A model generated the notes under the pieces. It was not told the DNA's origin. It was given only the letters and a program-made list of their open reading frames with translations, and made no database searches. Source: an uncultured Chloroflexia bacterium (GTDB lineage Bacteria > Chloroflexota > Chloroflexia > QHBQ01 > JADMIH01). From it: 64,000 nucleotides of DNA. Below are positions 43,365-54,412 of this stretch, piece after piece (within the stretch, counting starts at the first letter, position 1; every line of letters begins with the position of its first letter). The stretch covers positions 544,001-608,000 of the forward strand of contig CAWCNY010000003.1 in NCBI GenBank assembly GCA_963797095.1, given 5' to 3'. Made by a program: the position numbers and the translations under genes.

Positions 43365-44689
43365 GTTGGTGTATTATCTTTTCTGTAAATTGGGAAATGT
43401 GGACCGGCTGAGATAGACAGCAGGTCAGGGTGTATCCTTTGAGTTGCGAAACACCAAAAGGAGGGCACCCATGACCTACCAGCCAGATTATACGTTATCG
43501 CAGGAACTGTTGGAACGTCTCAACGAAGAAGGATTAGACGCTTTACCAGAGATGATTCGAATCGTCATTAACTCAGCTATGCAAGCTGAGCGGCTCAAAT
43601 AGTTGGGTGTTGGTGCTCCTTACGAGCGCTCTGCGGAGCGGCAGGACCAGTCCAACGGTTACAAGCCAAAGACGCTCAAGACCAGAGTGGGTGAGATTAC
43701 CTTCTCTGTGCCCCAGGTGCGACAGGGCGACTTCTACCCTGGAGCCCTGGAGAAGGGACTGCGCTCGGAGCGTGCTCTCACACTGGCGTTGGCAGAGATG
43801 TACGTGCAAGGGGTCTCGACGCGCAGAGTGGCAGCCATCACCGAGAAGCTATGCGGTACCCAGGTATCCAGTGCTGCAGTGAGCCGAGCTGCCTCCCAGT
43901 TGGACGAGGTGCTGGAAGGGTGGCGCAACCGACCGCTGGGGGAGTGTCCCTACCTTATCCTGGATGCCCGTTATGAGAAGGTGAGGCAGGACGGGCAGGT
44001 GAGAGACGCTGCAGTGCTGATTGGTATTGGCATCACCCGTGCAGGGCGACGGCAACTGCTGGGAGTATCGGTATCTTTGAGCGAGCATGAGGTGCATTGG
44101 CGCACCTTCCTGCAGAGCCTGGTATCGAGGGGGCTATCAGGAGTGAGGATGATAACATCCGACGCTCATGAGGGGCTGGGGGCAGCACGCAAGGCGGTAT
44201 TCGGAGGAGTGCCCTGGCAGCGGTGCCAGTTTCATCTGCAGCAGAATGCCCAGGCTTATGTTCCCCGGCAGGAGATGAAAGCTGAGGTAGCCCAGGACAT
44301 TAGAGCCATCTTCTCGGCATCATCATTGGAGCAGGCCAAACAGATGCTGGACAAAGCGGTTGCGAAGTATGAGAAGAGCGCTGCTCGCCTATCGCACTGG
44401 CTGCAAAACAACATCTTGGAAGGGTTGACCGTCTTTGCCCTCCCACAATCACAGTGGCGATCCCTTCGCACCACCAACGGGCTGGAACGCATCAACCAGG
44501 AGGTACGCCGGCGGACCAGAGTGGTGGGGATCTTCCCCAACGAGGCGAGTTGCCTGCGCTTGGTGACGGCAGTGCTGATGGAGATCAGCGACGAATGGGA
44601 GACAGGCCGAGCTTACATGACTTTTGACTACTGATTGACCAATTTAGAGGAACACCCTGACCAATTTACAGAAAAAGGCTTGCATAATC
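43365..44689 (+). mobile_element. IS256-family element
   Basis: IR core TTTTCTGTAAATTGG at both ends; 9-bp TSD TGTCATTTA at 43356-43364 and 44690-44698. Confidence 0.92.
43471..44634 (+). pseudogene. IS256 transposase with in-frame TAG at 43600
   Basis: ATG 43471 after AGGAGG; EMYVQGVSTR, LDA, SDAHEGL, QRCQFH, TTNGLER. Confidence 0.88.
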
Positions 44690-44715
44690 TGTCATTTATC
44701 TCTTGTTTTGGGGCA

Positions 44716-45609
44716 TTATTGCCTGGTAAGTCCAGGATCGGGAGGACTCTCAGGGGCCTGCCCCACAGTGAATTGGGTTCTGCCTATGCCTACTTCGCCC
44801 AACTCCCGTTGAGGTTCGAGTGTTCCTATGGGACTCACAAATAGACCAATAATGCGTAATTGCAAAGCATAGAAGGCCAACCTCGCAACAACAGGCAGAT
44901 CATTGACGAAATAACGTCGCCAAAGCCGACCTGGTTCCTGGGAAACGCGATATAGCCACTCGAGGCCATGCTTTTGCATCCACATGGGAGCACGCTTAAC
45001 CCGGCCTGTCAGGAAATTGAAGACGCCACCGACACCGATCGCTAGCGGTACTGATAACTGACGTTGATGAGCTGCTATCCACTTGTCTTGTTTGGGAGCA
45101 CCGAAGGCCACCAGTAAGATGTGTGGACGCGCTTCTTGTATCATTGATACAATCTTGTGGTCTTCATCCTCAGAAAATGGGCCAACTGGTGGCGAGTACG
45201 TACCAACCACTTGCAGGCCTGGATGGCGCTCTTCAAGTATGCGTGCTGCTGCCTGCGGCACACCTTCTTCGCCGCCCAGCAAAAACACCCGATATCCTTC
45301 AGAAGCTGCGAAACGGCAGCAGTGGTCAACCAATTCAACGCCGGCCACGCGCTCAGGTAATCTGTCACCCATCCACCCAGAAGCCCATACCAGAGGCATG
45401 CCATCAGCTACAGCCAGGGCACTGTGATTTATGATATCCATAAATTCTCTGTCCTGCTGCGCCTGCCTCAAAAAATCTATATTAACGGTTACTACTTGAT
45501 GTGGAACACCGGACTCTATGAATTCGCGCGTTCGCTCTGCTGCCTGTGCTGCAGTTACACAGTCCACATAGGCACCTAACATGCCCACCTGCCTATGCAT
45601 TACGTGCAT
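44716..45609 (-). CDS. WecB/TagA/CpsF-family glycosyltransferase
   Basis: VTVN, ADGMP, GAPKQD, GVGG, RAP.WM...GLEWLYR..QEP.RL.RRY. Confidence 0.93.
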   Translation of the reverse strand: MHVMHRQVGMLGAYVDCVTAAQAAERTREFIESGVPHQVVTVNIDFLRQAQQDREFMDIINHSALAVADGMPLVWASGWMGDRLPERVAGVELVDHCCRFAASEGYRVFLLGGEEGVPQAAARILEERHPGLQVVGTYSPPVGPFSEDEDHKIVSMIQEARPHILLVAFGAPKQDKWIAAHQRQLSVPLAIGVGGVFNFLTGRVKRAPMWMQKHGLEWLYRVSQEPGRLWRRYFVNDLPVVARLAFYALQLRIIGLFVSPIGTLEPQRELGEVGIGRTQFTVGQAPESPPDPGLTRQ

Positions 45610-46124
45610 GATCTGCCTCCGTTCTTAGCTGATGCCATTTATGAATGGCGATTGATGCTAGCTCGCATACTAGTTACTGGACGCTGTCCGGGGTGGCGAG
45701 GTCCGGGACTTATCATGGTTTACCCACCCCAGATGGCATAAGGGTCGGAGTAAACAAATCTTAGCAAGTAGACTTTGCTGCCTTGTGAAGTCGATAGGCG
45801 CGAAATGTGAAAGCTTTTGACAGAGCTCGTGCCTGAGCGTCGTTATTGCCCCATCAGCAACATGACAGTCGTGTAATACATTAAGAAAGAGACCATTCTT
45901 GCAATAATGCAAGAATGGTCATCCCTATCGCTTCTTACGCTAGGAACAGGATGGCCTAGTCACCAGAAGCACTTGGATCGTAGTCAAGCTTACAGTGCTA
46001 ACAGAACTGTAACTGCTAATTGAGCGTTCGTTCAGTTTATGGTAAAGCCCCTCTTGTAATATTTCTTACAGGACCTGCAATTGCCAGGCGCTAACACTAT
46101 GAAACTAGAGATCGAGACTATTGA

Positions 46125-46784
46125 ATGATTGAGGGGGAGCAAATTTCAAACTTGGCTCAGGTAAACCGGAGAAGAGATGACGTCTCAGATATCATCCATC
46201 TCCTCACACACCAACCTCCACTACATACGTGGCGATTGGTGCATAGCATCCTATGGGCCAAATGGAATCTACGGAAAGCTACATCGGTCGGAAAGTATGT
46301 CAAATTGGTGGGACGCATACGCATCGTAAGTGATGGCCTCTTAATCATAGATGACAGGGTGCTCTTCAATTTCTATCATGGCGAAAGTCAATTGGTAGTG
46401 GCGAATGGCGCAGAACTTACTGTAGGTAAGGGGGTTTTCATTAACTACGGTGCGGATATCTGTGCTCTCAAGCACATTAGTATTGGGGAAGAGTCTCGTA
46501 TCGGCACGTACTGTATCATCATGGACAGCGACTTTCACCATATTGAGCTGCAAAGGCGTCACGAAAAGCCTACTCCCGCTTCTGTTGTCCTTGAGCCACA
46601 TACCTGGATTGGCAATCGAGTGACTATTTTGAAAGGCGTACGAATAGGATATGGCTCAGTGATAGCTGCCGGCAGTGTAGTTACCAAATCGATCCCACCA
46701 ATGAGTGTAGCCGCAGGTGTGCCCGCTAAGGTCATTAGACGAATAGATAAATCCCAAGATGGATCCCAATCTGTAGGAGAATAG
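46125..46784 (+). CDS. LbH O-acyltransferase
   Basis: DSDFH, WIGNRVTILKGVRIG..AGSVVTKSIP..AGVPA. Confidence 0.9.
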   Translation: MIEGEQISNLAQVNRRRDDVSDIIHLLTHQPPLHTWRLVHSILWAKWNLRKATSVGKYVKLVGRIRIVSDGLLIIDDRVLFNFYHGESQLVVANGAELTVGKGVFINYGADICALKHISIGEESRIGTYCIIMDSDFHHIELQRRHEKPTPASVVLEPHTWIGNRVTILKGVRIGYGSVIAAGSVVTKSIPPMSVAAGVPAKVIRRIDKSQDGSQSVGE

Positions 46785-46789
46785 TTACT

Positions 46790-47557
46790 ATGGACGAAAT
46801 TGACCCTAACGTAATCCAGGCTGCCTCTCTTGCCATCAGCTCTGTATCGTTGGGTATTGCCAAGACCTTGACAAACGACAAGGCCGAGCGAGACTCCACC
46901 GGCAGTGTAGATTCATCCATATCCGAATCAGTTAGTAAGAGCCAACTCGCTTCTCAGGTCAATGAGATCCCATCTGAACTACATGAGCCAAATGTGCCCT
47001 CCTCCCCGCTTGAGGCTTTGCAGTCGCACGGCCTGGGGTGGGCACTAAGCATAGTTCGGCAGGTACTTCTGGCGAGGTGGCAATTGCGACGATGCGATAA
47101 CTTGGGCAAATGGGTACGCATTCGAGGCAAGGTGCGCGTACATAACGAGGGTAGGATCGCGATATCTGATCGCGTGCGCTTTAGAGCCGAAACAGCTAAG
47201 AGCGAATTAGTTGCATGGAAAGGCGGAACTATCGAAATAGGGGAGGGCACAACAATCAACTACGGAACCTCACTCTCAGCCGCCAGCACAGTAAAAATCG
47301 GCTGCAACTGCCTTATAGGTGCGTATGTGAACATTATGGATTGCAACTTCCATAATATGAAAGACCATTCATGGAATATGGATGCCGAACCCATCATCAT
47401 TGGAGATAACGTATGGCTTGGTAACAGGGCAGTTATCACAAAAGGAGTAACAATCGGAAGCGGCGCAGTGGTAGCTGCATCTAGTCTGGTGACCAAAAAC
47501 GTACCACCGAACACGTTGGTTGTCGGCGTGCCTGCACGTGTAGTTCAACATCTGTAA
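46790..47557 (+). CDS. LbH O-acyltransferase
   Basis: DCNFH, IGDNVWLG..KGVTIG..GVPA. Confidence 0.9.
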   Translation: MDEIDPNVIQAASLAISSVSLGIAKTLTNDKAERDSTGSVDSSISESVSKSQLASQVNEIPSELHEPNVPSSPLEALQSHGLGWALSIVRQVLLARWQLRRCDNLGKWVRIRGKVRVHNEGRIAISDRVRFRAETAKSELVAWKGGTIEIGEGTTINYGTSLSAASTVKIGCNCLIGAYVNIMDCNFHNMKDHSWNMDAEPIIIGDNVWLGNRAVITKGVTIGSGAVVAASSLVTKNVPPNTLVVGVPARVVQHL

Positions 47558-47599
47558 TTAGGGACGTCTTAGCCATTCAAGATATGACAGTTTAACGAT

Positions 47600-49208
47600 A
47601 TGCAAGCTCCTTCATATAGACCTACATCGCCACTTCCTAAGCCTTCAAGTGGCTCCAACACAGCAAACACGGGCGTATCTTCGATAACCACTCTCCCTGG
47701 CCGTGTTTATACTCAAGCGGAACAAGCTCAAGACTTTCATCGCTTGCGGTTGACACTCCTTGCTGCTCAGAGTGGCGAGCGATGGTCTCCTCCTTGTGCT
47801 CTCCTTCATACTGGCTTATTGGCTGCGATATGAACTTGAGTTAGGCGGATCCCCCATCACGTCTGGTATTTCAAACTCAATCCTGGCGATCCCGGCTGTT
47901 GCCGTCTTTCTTACAACATATGTGCTTATCAGTTTGGCTGCATTCCAAACGCGAGGGCTGTACGCTCTTCCAAGAGGTGCATCCTGGCCTGAGCAATTAC
48001 GGGTGATAGCGGGCGCGTCGTTGATTAGCATGTCAATCTTAGTGCTTGGAACACTCCTTTTTAGCGCAGTGCTGCCGAGCCGCTTGCTATTCATATTCCT
48101 CTGGCTCTGTACTGTTGCGATCTTCGGAATCGAACGGTTTTTGTACCGGAGATTACGCCTCTGGATCTGGCGGCGAGGGATCAACATACGACGAGTGCTC
48201 GTGGTCGGCGCTGGGTTGGCAGGTCAGCGCATAATGAAAGACATCCTTGAAAAAGCCGATCTGGGCTACGAGCTTGTCGGATACCTGGCAGATAGCAATC
48301 ATGGGCATGAAAGCCCCAGTTGGAAGGTTCCGATAGGCAGTAGATATGGCTCAAGACTACAGAGGCTAGGCGAATTGAAGGATGTCCAGGATCTCATTTG
48401 CCAGGACAATGGGCCTTTGCACGAAGTAATAGTGGCTCTGCCTGCCACCCACCATACACAGATAATGGGCATAGTTGATAGCTGCCGTGAATATGGCATC
48501 GAGTTCAGGCTCGTGCCGGACCTATTCGAAATGCATTTTAACGAAGTTCGCATAGATGCCTTGAATGGGGTACCCCTCATAGGTGTGAAAGATGTCGCTC
48601 TACGTGGGTTCAATCTCTTTCTGAAAAGGATGCTCGACGTAATATTAGCTATAGGGGCACTCATCGTGGCCGCGATCCCTATGCTGATAATCGCTGTAGC
48701 CATCAGGCTTACTTCATCTGGCCCAATACTATTTCGCCAGCAGCGTGTCGGTAAAGGCGGCAGTAACTTCACATGCTACAAGTTCCGCTCTATGTACCAG
48801 GACGCTGAAGCCCATCTGGAGAAGATAAGACACCTGAATGAGGCAGATGGCCCTCTCTTCAAGATGAAGAACGATCCACGCGTGACCACCATCGGTAGAG
48901 TTTTGCGGCGAACCTCACTTGACGAATTGCCACAGATATTCAACATTCTCAAAGGTGAGATGAGCTGGGTCGGACCGCGTCCCCCCATGCCCAGAGAAGT
49001 AGTTGACTATGCCGAATGGCACCGCAAACGCCTCGATGTTACGCCCGGCCTGACCGGACTGTGGCAGATCAGTGGCCGTTCAAATCTTACATTCGACGAA
49101 ATGGTAAAGCTTGATCTTTACTATGCGGATAGTTGGTCGTTGTATCTCGATTTCATGATAATTCTGCGCACTCTGCCGGTCCTACTCAAGCGTGAAGGTG
49201 CGTACTAG
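47600..49208 (+). CDS. Priming polyprenyl glycosylphosphotransferase (WcaJ/WbaP-like); apparent frameshift near 47755
   Basis: KRMLD, YKFRSM, DPRVT, SLDELPQ, GEMSWVGPRP, PGLTGLWQ. Confidence 0.9.
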
Positions 49209-49237
49209 ATACTTACCAGTTCTGACACGATAAGGAG

Positions 49238-50494
49238 TTGATGTTGGTAGATAACAACAGACCAGGGGATAAGATCAAAATACTCTTCTTCTATCCAAAC
49301 GAATTCCTCGGTCCGGAGATGACTGTCTACACACAGATAATCCGGAATATGGACAAGACCCACTTTGCTGCGTACCTGGCGCTCGACAGCAATGTAGAAG
49401 GAGAAATCCGCCTCAATCAGAGTGATAATGTCACCATCAAACGATGGCGATTCGGAACGGCTTTGCGAGGAGGTGTCGGTCAAGCGATACGTACTGGTGT
49501 GCGGCTCCCAGCCAGCATCATCTCGCTCGCGAACTATATCCGTCGCGAAGGCATAGCCATTGTGCAATGTTCAGCAGTACCACGCGTAGGCTTACTGGGC
49601 TTGCTCGTAGCGCGATTATCAGGCGCGCATCTCCTTTTGCACTTCCATGTCATCCCAGGCAGGTATAGAGGCTTGAGGGGTTTTGCAGAGCAGTTTGTAG
49701 CCCGCCGAGCTAGCCGCTCTGTGGCTGTGTCGCGCTTTCTCGCTACCCGAGTGCAAGAACACTCCCGAGGGGCAAAAGTTGATGTCGTGGTGAATGGAGT
49801 GGATTGCGAGCGCTTCCACCCTGGGTTGGATGGATCCAAAATAAGAGATGAGTATGGGATTGCTAACAACGAGGTAGTAATCCTGCAATTGGCACGGATA
49901 ATCCAGCAGAAGCGTCAAGAGGACACTATTCGCGCCTTCAGCATAGCCCGACGCAAAGCACCAAACCTCCGCCTCCTTATAGTGGGTTGGGAGGATCCAC
50001 GCTACGTCGGCCCGTTTGCTAGCTACAGAGCCGAGTTGGAGCACATCCGCAATGAAACAAATCTAGGCGACAGCCTCATTATTGCTGATGCCAGGCCTGA
50101 AGCTCACCTGTTAGTTGCGGCAAGTGATATGGTAGCAATGCCCTCTGTGGAAGATGCCTGGAATCTGGCGGTAACCGAAGCAATGGCCGGGGGCAAACCC
50201 GTTATTGGAAGCGATTCGGGTGGCATACCTGAGCAGATCATCGATGGCATCACCGGCTTCCTGGTACCACTCCAATCGCCCGAAGCACTTGCACATAGAA
50301 TGGTAGAATTGTGCTGCAATCCCGAATTACGTCAGCGTATGAGTCAAGCTGCCTACAAACGTGCGGTAAGTCACTTTGACGAAGCGCACGTTGCTACAGG
50401 CTTTGCGCAAATCTACCGGGAGATGGCCTCCGTCTCCCGATCACCCGTTTACCCCATAGAAAAACAGTCTGCACTTGAAGAAGTGCGTGAGTAA
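49238..50494 (+). CDS. Glycosyltransferase family 4
   Basis: NGVD, EAMAGGKPVI, GGIPEQI. Confidence 0.9.
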   Translation: MMLVDNNRPGDKIKILFFYPNEFLGPEMTVYTQIIRNMDKTHFAAYLALDSNVEGEIRLNQSDNVTIKRWRFGTALRGGVGQAIRTGVRLPASIISLANYIRREGIAIVQCSAVPRVGLLGLLVARLSGAHLLLHFHVIPGRYRGLRGFAEQFVARRASRSVAVSRFLATRVQEHSRGAKVDVVVNGVDCERFHPGLDGSKIRDEYGIANNEVVILQLARIIQQKRQEDTIRAFSIARRKAPNLRLLIVGWEDPRYVGPFASYRAELEHIRNETNLGDSLIIADARPEAHLLVAASDMVAMPSVEDAWNLAVTEAMAGGKPVIGSDSGGIPEQIIDGITGFLVPLQSPEALAHRMVELCCNPELRQRMSQAAYKRAVSHFDEAHVATGFAQIYREMASVSRSPVYPIEKQSALEEVRE

Positions 50495-50502
50495 TCAAGA
50501 CA

Positions 50503-51198
50503 ATGAATATGCTAACCTACAACGTCCAGCGCGTCCTCAACAGGTATTTACTGGATGGAACACGCGATCGCAAAGACATACTTGCAATGCAGGTACTCAT
50601 GCCGCTCTCTTCACGTTATTTACCCTGGAGCCAGGCGGCTATGCGCCCAAGCGCACTTGTCGCTGTCTTGAATGATATCATAATCAACAGTAGAACCCAT
50701 ATTGTAGAGTGCGGTGGAGGCATCTCCTCATTCTATATCGCACGCATTCTGAAGGAACGTGGAGGACATCTGTACACGATCGAACACGATCCTGAATGGG
50801 CCACCGTTTTGAATAAAGCTTTGGAGGCAGAACAACTACACGATTACGCATCTGTAGTCGTTGCTCCTTTGACCAAAACCAAATTATCCCTCAACGGCGC
50901 GCCTTGGTACAACGAGGAGAAACTTAATCATCTGACGACTGAACGTCAGATCGACCTGTTGATCGTCGATGGCCCTCCTGCTTACACCCGTGAATTACGC
51001 CACGCCCGCTATCCAGCATTGCCGTTCTTCAAGGACTCCCTGGCAAATAACTACGCCGTTGTTCTTGATGATATCAACAGGCAAGGCGAGCAAGAAATCC
51101 TACAAAAGTGGGAAGAAATGCTTGGCGTTACTTTCAATCGCCGGTTCCTGGATGGAACTATAGCGGTGGGTCGCCCGCAGCATTCATTCACGGTATAG
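50503..51198 (+). CDS. Class I SAM-dependent methyltransferase
   Basis: VECGGGISS, IEHD, LLIVDGPP, VLDD. Confidence 0.8.
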   Translation: MNMLTYNVQRVLNRYLLDGTRDRKDILAMQVLMPLSSRYLPWSQAAMRPSALVAVLNDIIINSRTHIVECGGGISSFYIARILKERGGHLYTIEHDPEWATVLNKALEAEQLHDYASVVVAPLTKTKLSLNGAPWYNEEKLNHLTTERQIDLLIVDGPPAYTRELRHARYPALPFFKDSLANNYAVVLDDINRQGEQEILQKWEEMLGVTFNRRFLDGTIAVGRPQHSFTV

Positions 51199-51267
51199 GA
51201 TGCCCGGATATATTTCGCAGGAATGAAACATAAGGCGTCCCGAATTCTAGATAAGGTATGCGATCTG

Positions 51268-51323
51268 GTTCTAGAATAATCAAAAATCGCCGCTTTGGCC
51301 GCGATTTTTGATTATTCTAGAAC
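51268..51323. terminator. Long hairpin (23-bp perfect arms) between convergent genes
   Basis: GTTCTAGAATAATCAAAAATCGC / GCGATTTTTGATTATTCTAGAAC. Confidence 0.65.
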
Positions 51324-51330
51324 TCCCCTC

Positions 51331-52251
51331 CTAAAAAGCCGGTTTTGCATCTCCAACTGGCGCGCGCTCCGCAACTACGAATAACAGATCGCCCGTAAGC
51401 CCAGCAAGCGGGGGAATAGCCATTACAACGCGTTCCAGTAGTTGGGAGCGTATTCGTTCCGGCAAATTGAGCAGGGCTGTAATTTTTCGCACGCGATATT
51501 GTTTGAGTAGCCTGCGCATTTCAGCGGCGTCAAAACGGTAATAGTAAAGATCCTTACCGTGGTAGCCTTCTCGAACGCCTCGGCGTCGTTTGGATAGCGA
51601 ATAATTATACACGGTAAGAACCGCCTGCCCGCCCGTTTTCAGCACTCTATGGATCTCACCAATACAGCGTCGACGTTCAGCATCGGTTGGTATGTGTTCC
51701 AGCATCATCCCGCTGCCCACTTTGCCAGCTATTCCATCGCGCAACGGTAGGTAACACGCATCAACAACCATATGGTGAACATTTGCGTCCGCAAGTATTG
51801 CGCACTTTGCTTTGTTGGTTTCCAAGGAACGTGGCGAGATATCAAACGCCAACACAACGGCTCCGCGCTTCGCCAACTCTACGGTTAATCTCCCCGTGCC
51901 TGCACCCAGGTCCACAATGATGTCACCCGGTTTTATCTGCAAGGCGCTTAAGATCGCATCTATTTCCAGCAGGGTCTGAAAGCCCGACACCGTATTATCG
52001 TAGACCGGCACATCAGCGTCGCGAGCCGCCAACTCACGGGCCTTAGCTGCTACAACTTCAGCGTCCTGCACTTCCTTGGGCGGGATAAGGTTCGGGATCC
52101 CGTTTGTCACTGGATAACTGTTACCGCACGAACGGCAGCGCAGGTCGCCAGACATGAGTCCTTCACCTTCCCAGCTTGCGTTTTCCACATCCAGCGGGAA
52201 GCTATGATCCAGGGGACAACATAAATACTTCTCCAATACAGTGCGTTGCAT
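51331..52251 (-). CDS. Trm112-like zinc domain fused to class I SAM methyltransferase
   Basis: LCCP..CRSC..YPV.NGIP; VDLGAGTG; LEHI. Confidence 0.85.
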   Translation of the reverse strand: MQRTVLEKYLCCPLDHSFPLDVENASWEGEGLMSGDLRCRSCGNSYPVTNGIPNLIPPKEVQDAEVVAAKARELAARDADVPVYDNTVSGFQTLLEIDAILSALQIKPGDIIVDLGAGTGRLTVELAKRGAVVLAFDISPRSLETNKAKCAILADANVHHMVVDACYLPLRDGIAGKVGSGMMLEHIPTDAERRRCIGEIHRVLKTGGQAVLTVYNYSLSKRRRGVREGYHGKDLYYYRFDAAEMRRLLKQYRVRKITALLNLPERIRSQLLERVVMAIPPLAGLTGDLLFVVAERAPVGDAKPAF

Positions 52252-52580
52252 TTTAGTCCTCCAGCCCCATTTGTTCCACCTGACCCAGTTGGGAGTGCAA
52301 GGCAGGTTGATAGATAACGTTCACTCTATACCAACCAAACAGACCACTCGCCTTAAGAACGCGTGGTGATTTATGCATTTGTGAGATGCGTAAGATAAAG
52401 TGTAAGAGAGCGTTCTTGTTGAGGACTGAATTAACAAGAGGAAGTCAGTTACAGTTCTGTCATCACTTCTGTTCAGGCACCAAATGTTTGCCAAACCTTT
52501 GCGGGGTTTCTTTGCATTCGAGAACTTCACAGTCTACAGGTGCCCTTCAGGACTTGGTTTCATAGATAAATCGCGCTGGC

Positions 52581-53831
52581 TTAGCTAGATGATGAGATAG
52601 TTGTGCGCTCGGTTCGCACCCAGCCACGTGCACCCCGGCCCATCAGCATCAGAGCATAGATCTTCACCTTCCAAACAAGGAAGAGTGGTGTACAGAGGAG
52701 GTAAAGGTAAGCCTTGGGCTTAGCGCCACATATCAACATTCCACCAAGCACGTAAACGCACGCGCTGGCTAGAACTGTCAGCCATACCCAACCTGCCAAC
52801 ACCATTGGCCCTCCCCACAGCCAAGCCAGAGCAGCATTTACTACAAGCAACATAAGGGGCATACCGATCAAAATTGCCATTGGTGGAGTGAGCAGATCTA
52901 TCGCCCAATCGAGGCGGGCGATGGATCGAGTACGAATAAAGGCGCGTAGCAAAGGTAACGTGTCACGCTTGATCAGGGCAAAACGCCCCCCCTCCCAGCG
53001 CATGCGCTGAGAGTCAGCTTGCTTTCCCGTCCGTGCAGCTTGAGCATAAAGAACTGCCTGAGGCACTGATCGTACCGTAATACCTCTGTTCATCAACTTG
53101 GTTGTATATTCGATATCTTCGGCCAGAGAATAAGCGTTCCAACCGAAACGCTCGATAACGCTCCGGGCAAAACACATCCCATTGCCCTTGAGCAGTGTGG
53201 TCCATCCCAGCGCTTGCCTTGCCAATGGGCGCAGACGATTGTGCAACAACAGCGCTGAGTACAACAAGGATGTACGCCAATTGTCAAAGGGATTCAACAC
53301 ATCGTAGTGTCCCTGTAGGGCCACATTACCCGTCCGCAATTGCTCGTCCATGTAACCGAGGAAGTCAGGGTGGGCTTGGGTATCAGCGTCAAAGATGACT
53401 ACTGCATCTGTCCAACCGCCATCTCGTTCCAGTACCCGGCGCATGGCCCAATCAAGGGCATAACCTTTGCCTCGCTTCTCAGGATCAAATCTTTCGTATA
53501 CAGTCACGCCAAGCGAGCGACCTAATTCCGCAGTATTGTCGGTGCAATTATCGGCGACGAGCACTATATGCCAGAGACCGGCAGGATAATGGAATGAGAG
53601 CAAGCTCTTCAGACAGTCGGTGATAACCAGTGCTTCATTGTGCGCAGGCACTAAGATCGTAAAATTGGTCGTAGCAAAGGCGAGATTGGGCTTCGATCTT
53701 CTCTCCTTGAGTTGGGCCACTAATGCTGTAACAGTTAAGAACAAAAGATAGAGGGCAAGCACACCCCAAGCCAATAGAAGGGGCACCTGCGCGATTGTTA
53801 TGATCCAACTTATGATATCGACCACGGTCAT
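52581..53831 (-). CDS. Membrane GT2 glycosyltransferase (D,D,D,QxxRW type)
   Basis: VPAHNE, DNCTD, GKG, DAD, AED, QRMRW; flanking TM helices. Confidence 0.9.
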   Translation of the reverse strand: MTVVDIISWIITIAQVPLLLAWGVLALYLLFLTVTALVAQLKERRSKPNLAFATTNFTILVPAHNEALVITDCLKSLLSFHYPAGLWHIVLVADNCTDNTAELGRSLGVTVYERFDPEKRGKGYALDWAMRRVLERDGGWTDAVVIFDADTQAHPDFLGYMDEQLRTGNVALQGHYDVLNPFDNWRTSLLYSALLLHNRLRPLARQALGWTTLLKGNGMCFARSVIERFGWNAYSLAEDIEYTTKLMNRGITVRSVPQAVLYAQAARTGKQADSQRMRWEGGRFALIKRDTLPLLRAFIRTRSIARLDWAIDLLTPPMAILIGMPLMLLVVNAALAWLWGGPMVLAGWVWLTVLASACVYVLGGMLICGAKPKAYLYLLCTPLFLVWKVKIYALMLMGRGARGWVRTERTTISSSS

Positions 53832-54335
53832 GCCATCCTTTATCTAAACAGGTCTGCCGGTAAGTTCAATGCCTACAAATTGGGCACAAGTCCTCCCAAC
53901 CGAAGAAGAGAGCGGCGCTCAAACTTGGGATCCAACCCAGGCCTAACCAGAGCGCCATGATCGACTCAATATATATTGTAGGCATCGTTGACGAAGGATC
54001 TCTTAACTGAAGACGGAGGTGTCCTTACAAAACAGACACCTGGAAATAGGGGTTCCATGCGGAATCCTGCACAGAAGCCAGCCGATTGCACACTATCTTA
54101 TTAGTTAAGCGCGTTACCTTCGGGGGTAATTGATAAAATGAATTACCAACTAATTGAGGCATGGTCATAATTCATTTTCCGTGCGTAGAAGGAGAGCAAC
54201 TTCATCTGGAAACAGCCCATTTTGGCGGCATTTTGTGACATTAAGGCCACATCCCAAGCGTGGGGTAATAGACAGATTTGGATTTATGACCATGCCTCAA
54301 CTAATTTGGGGAAAGAGCGTAGTATTCCTACAAAC

Positions 54336-54392
54336 ATTCAAGAAGCACAGAAAATGCTCGGTGTAGCCGAGCATTTTCTGTGCTTCTTGAAT
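54336..54392. terminator. Long hairpin (26-bp perfect arms) after the SLH gene
   Basis: ATTCAAGAAGCACAGAAAATGCTCGG / CCGAGCATTTTCTGTGCTTCTTGAAT. Confidence 0.65.
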
Positions 54393-54412
54393 TCCCCTCC
54401 ATTAATGAAATA

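Noticed and set aside
29506-43602. Amber read-through, since both IS1182 (29506) and IS256 (43600) have in-frame TAG
   Set aside because: Many host genes here end in TAG and no recoding machinery is visible; ordinary nonsense mutations
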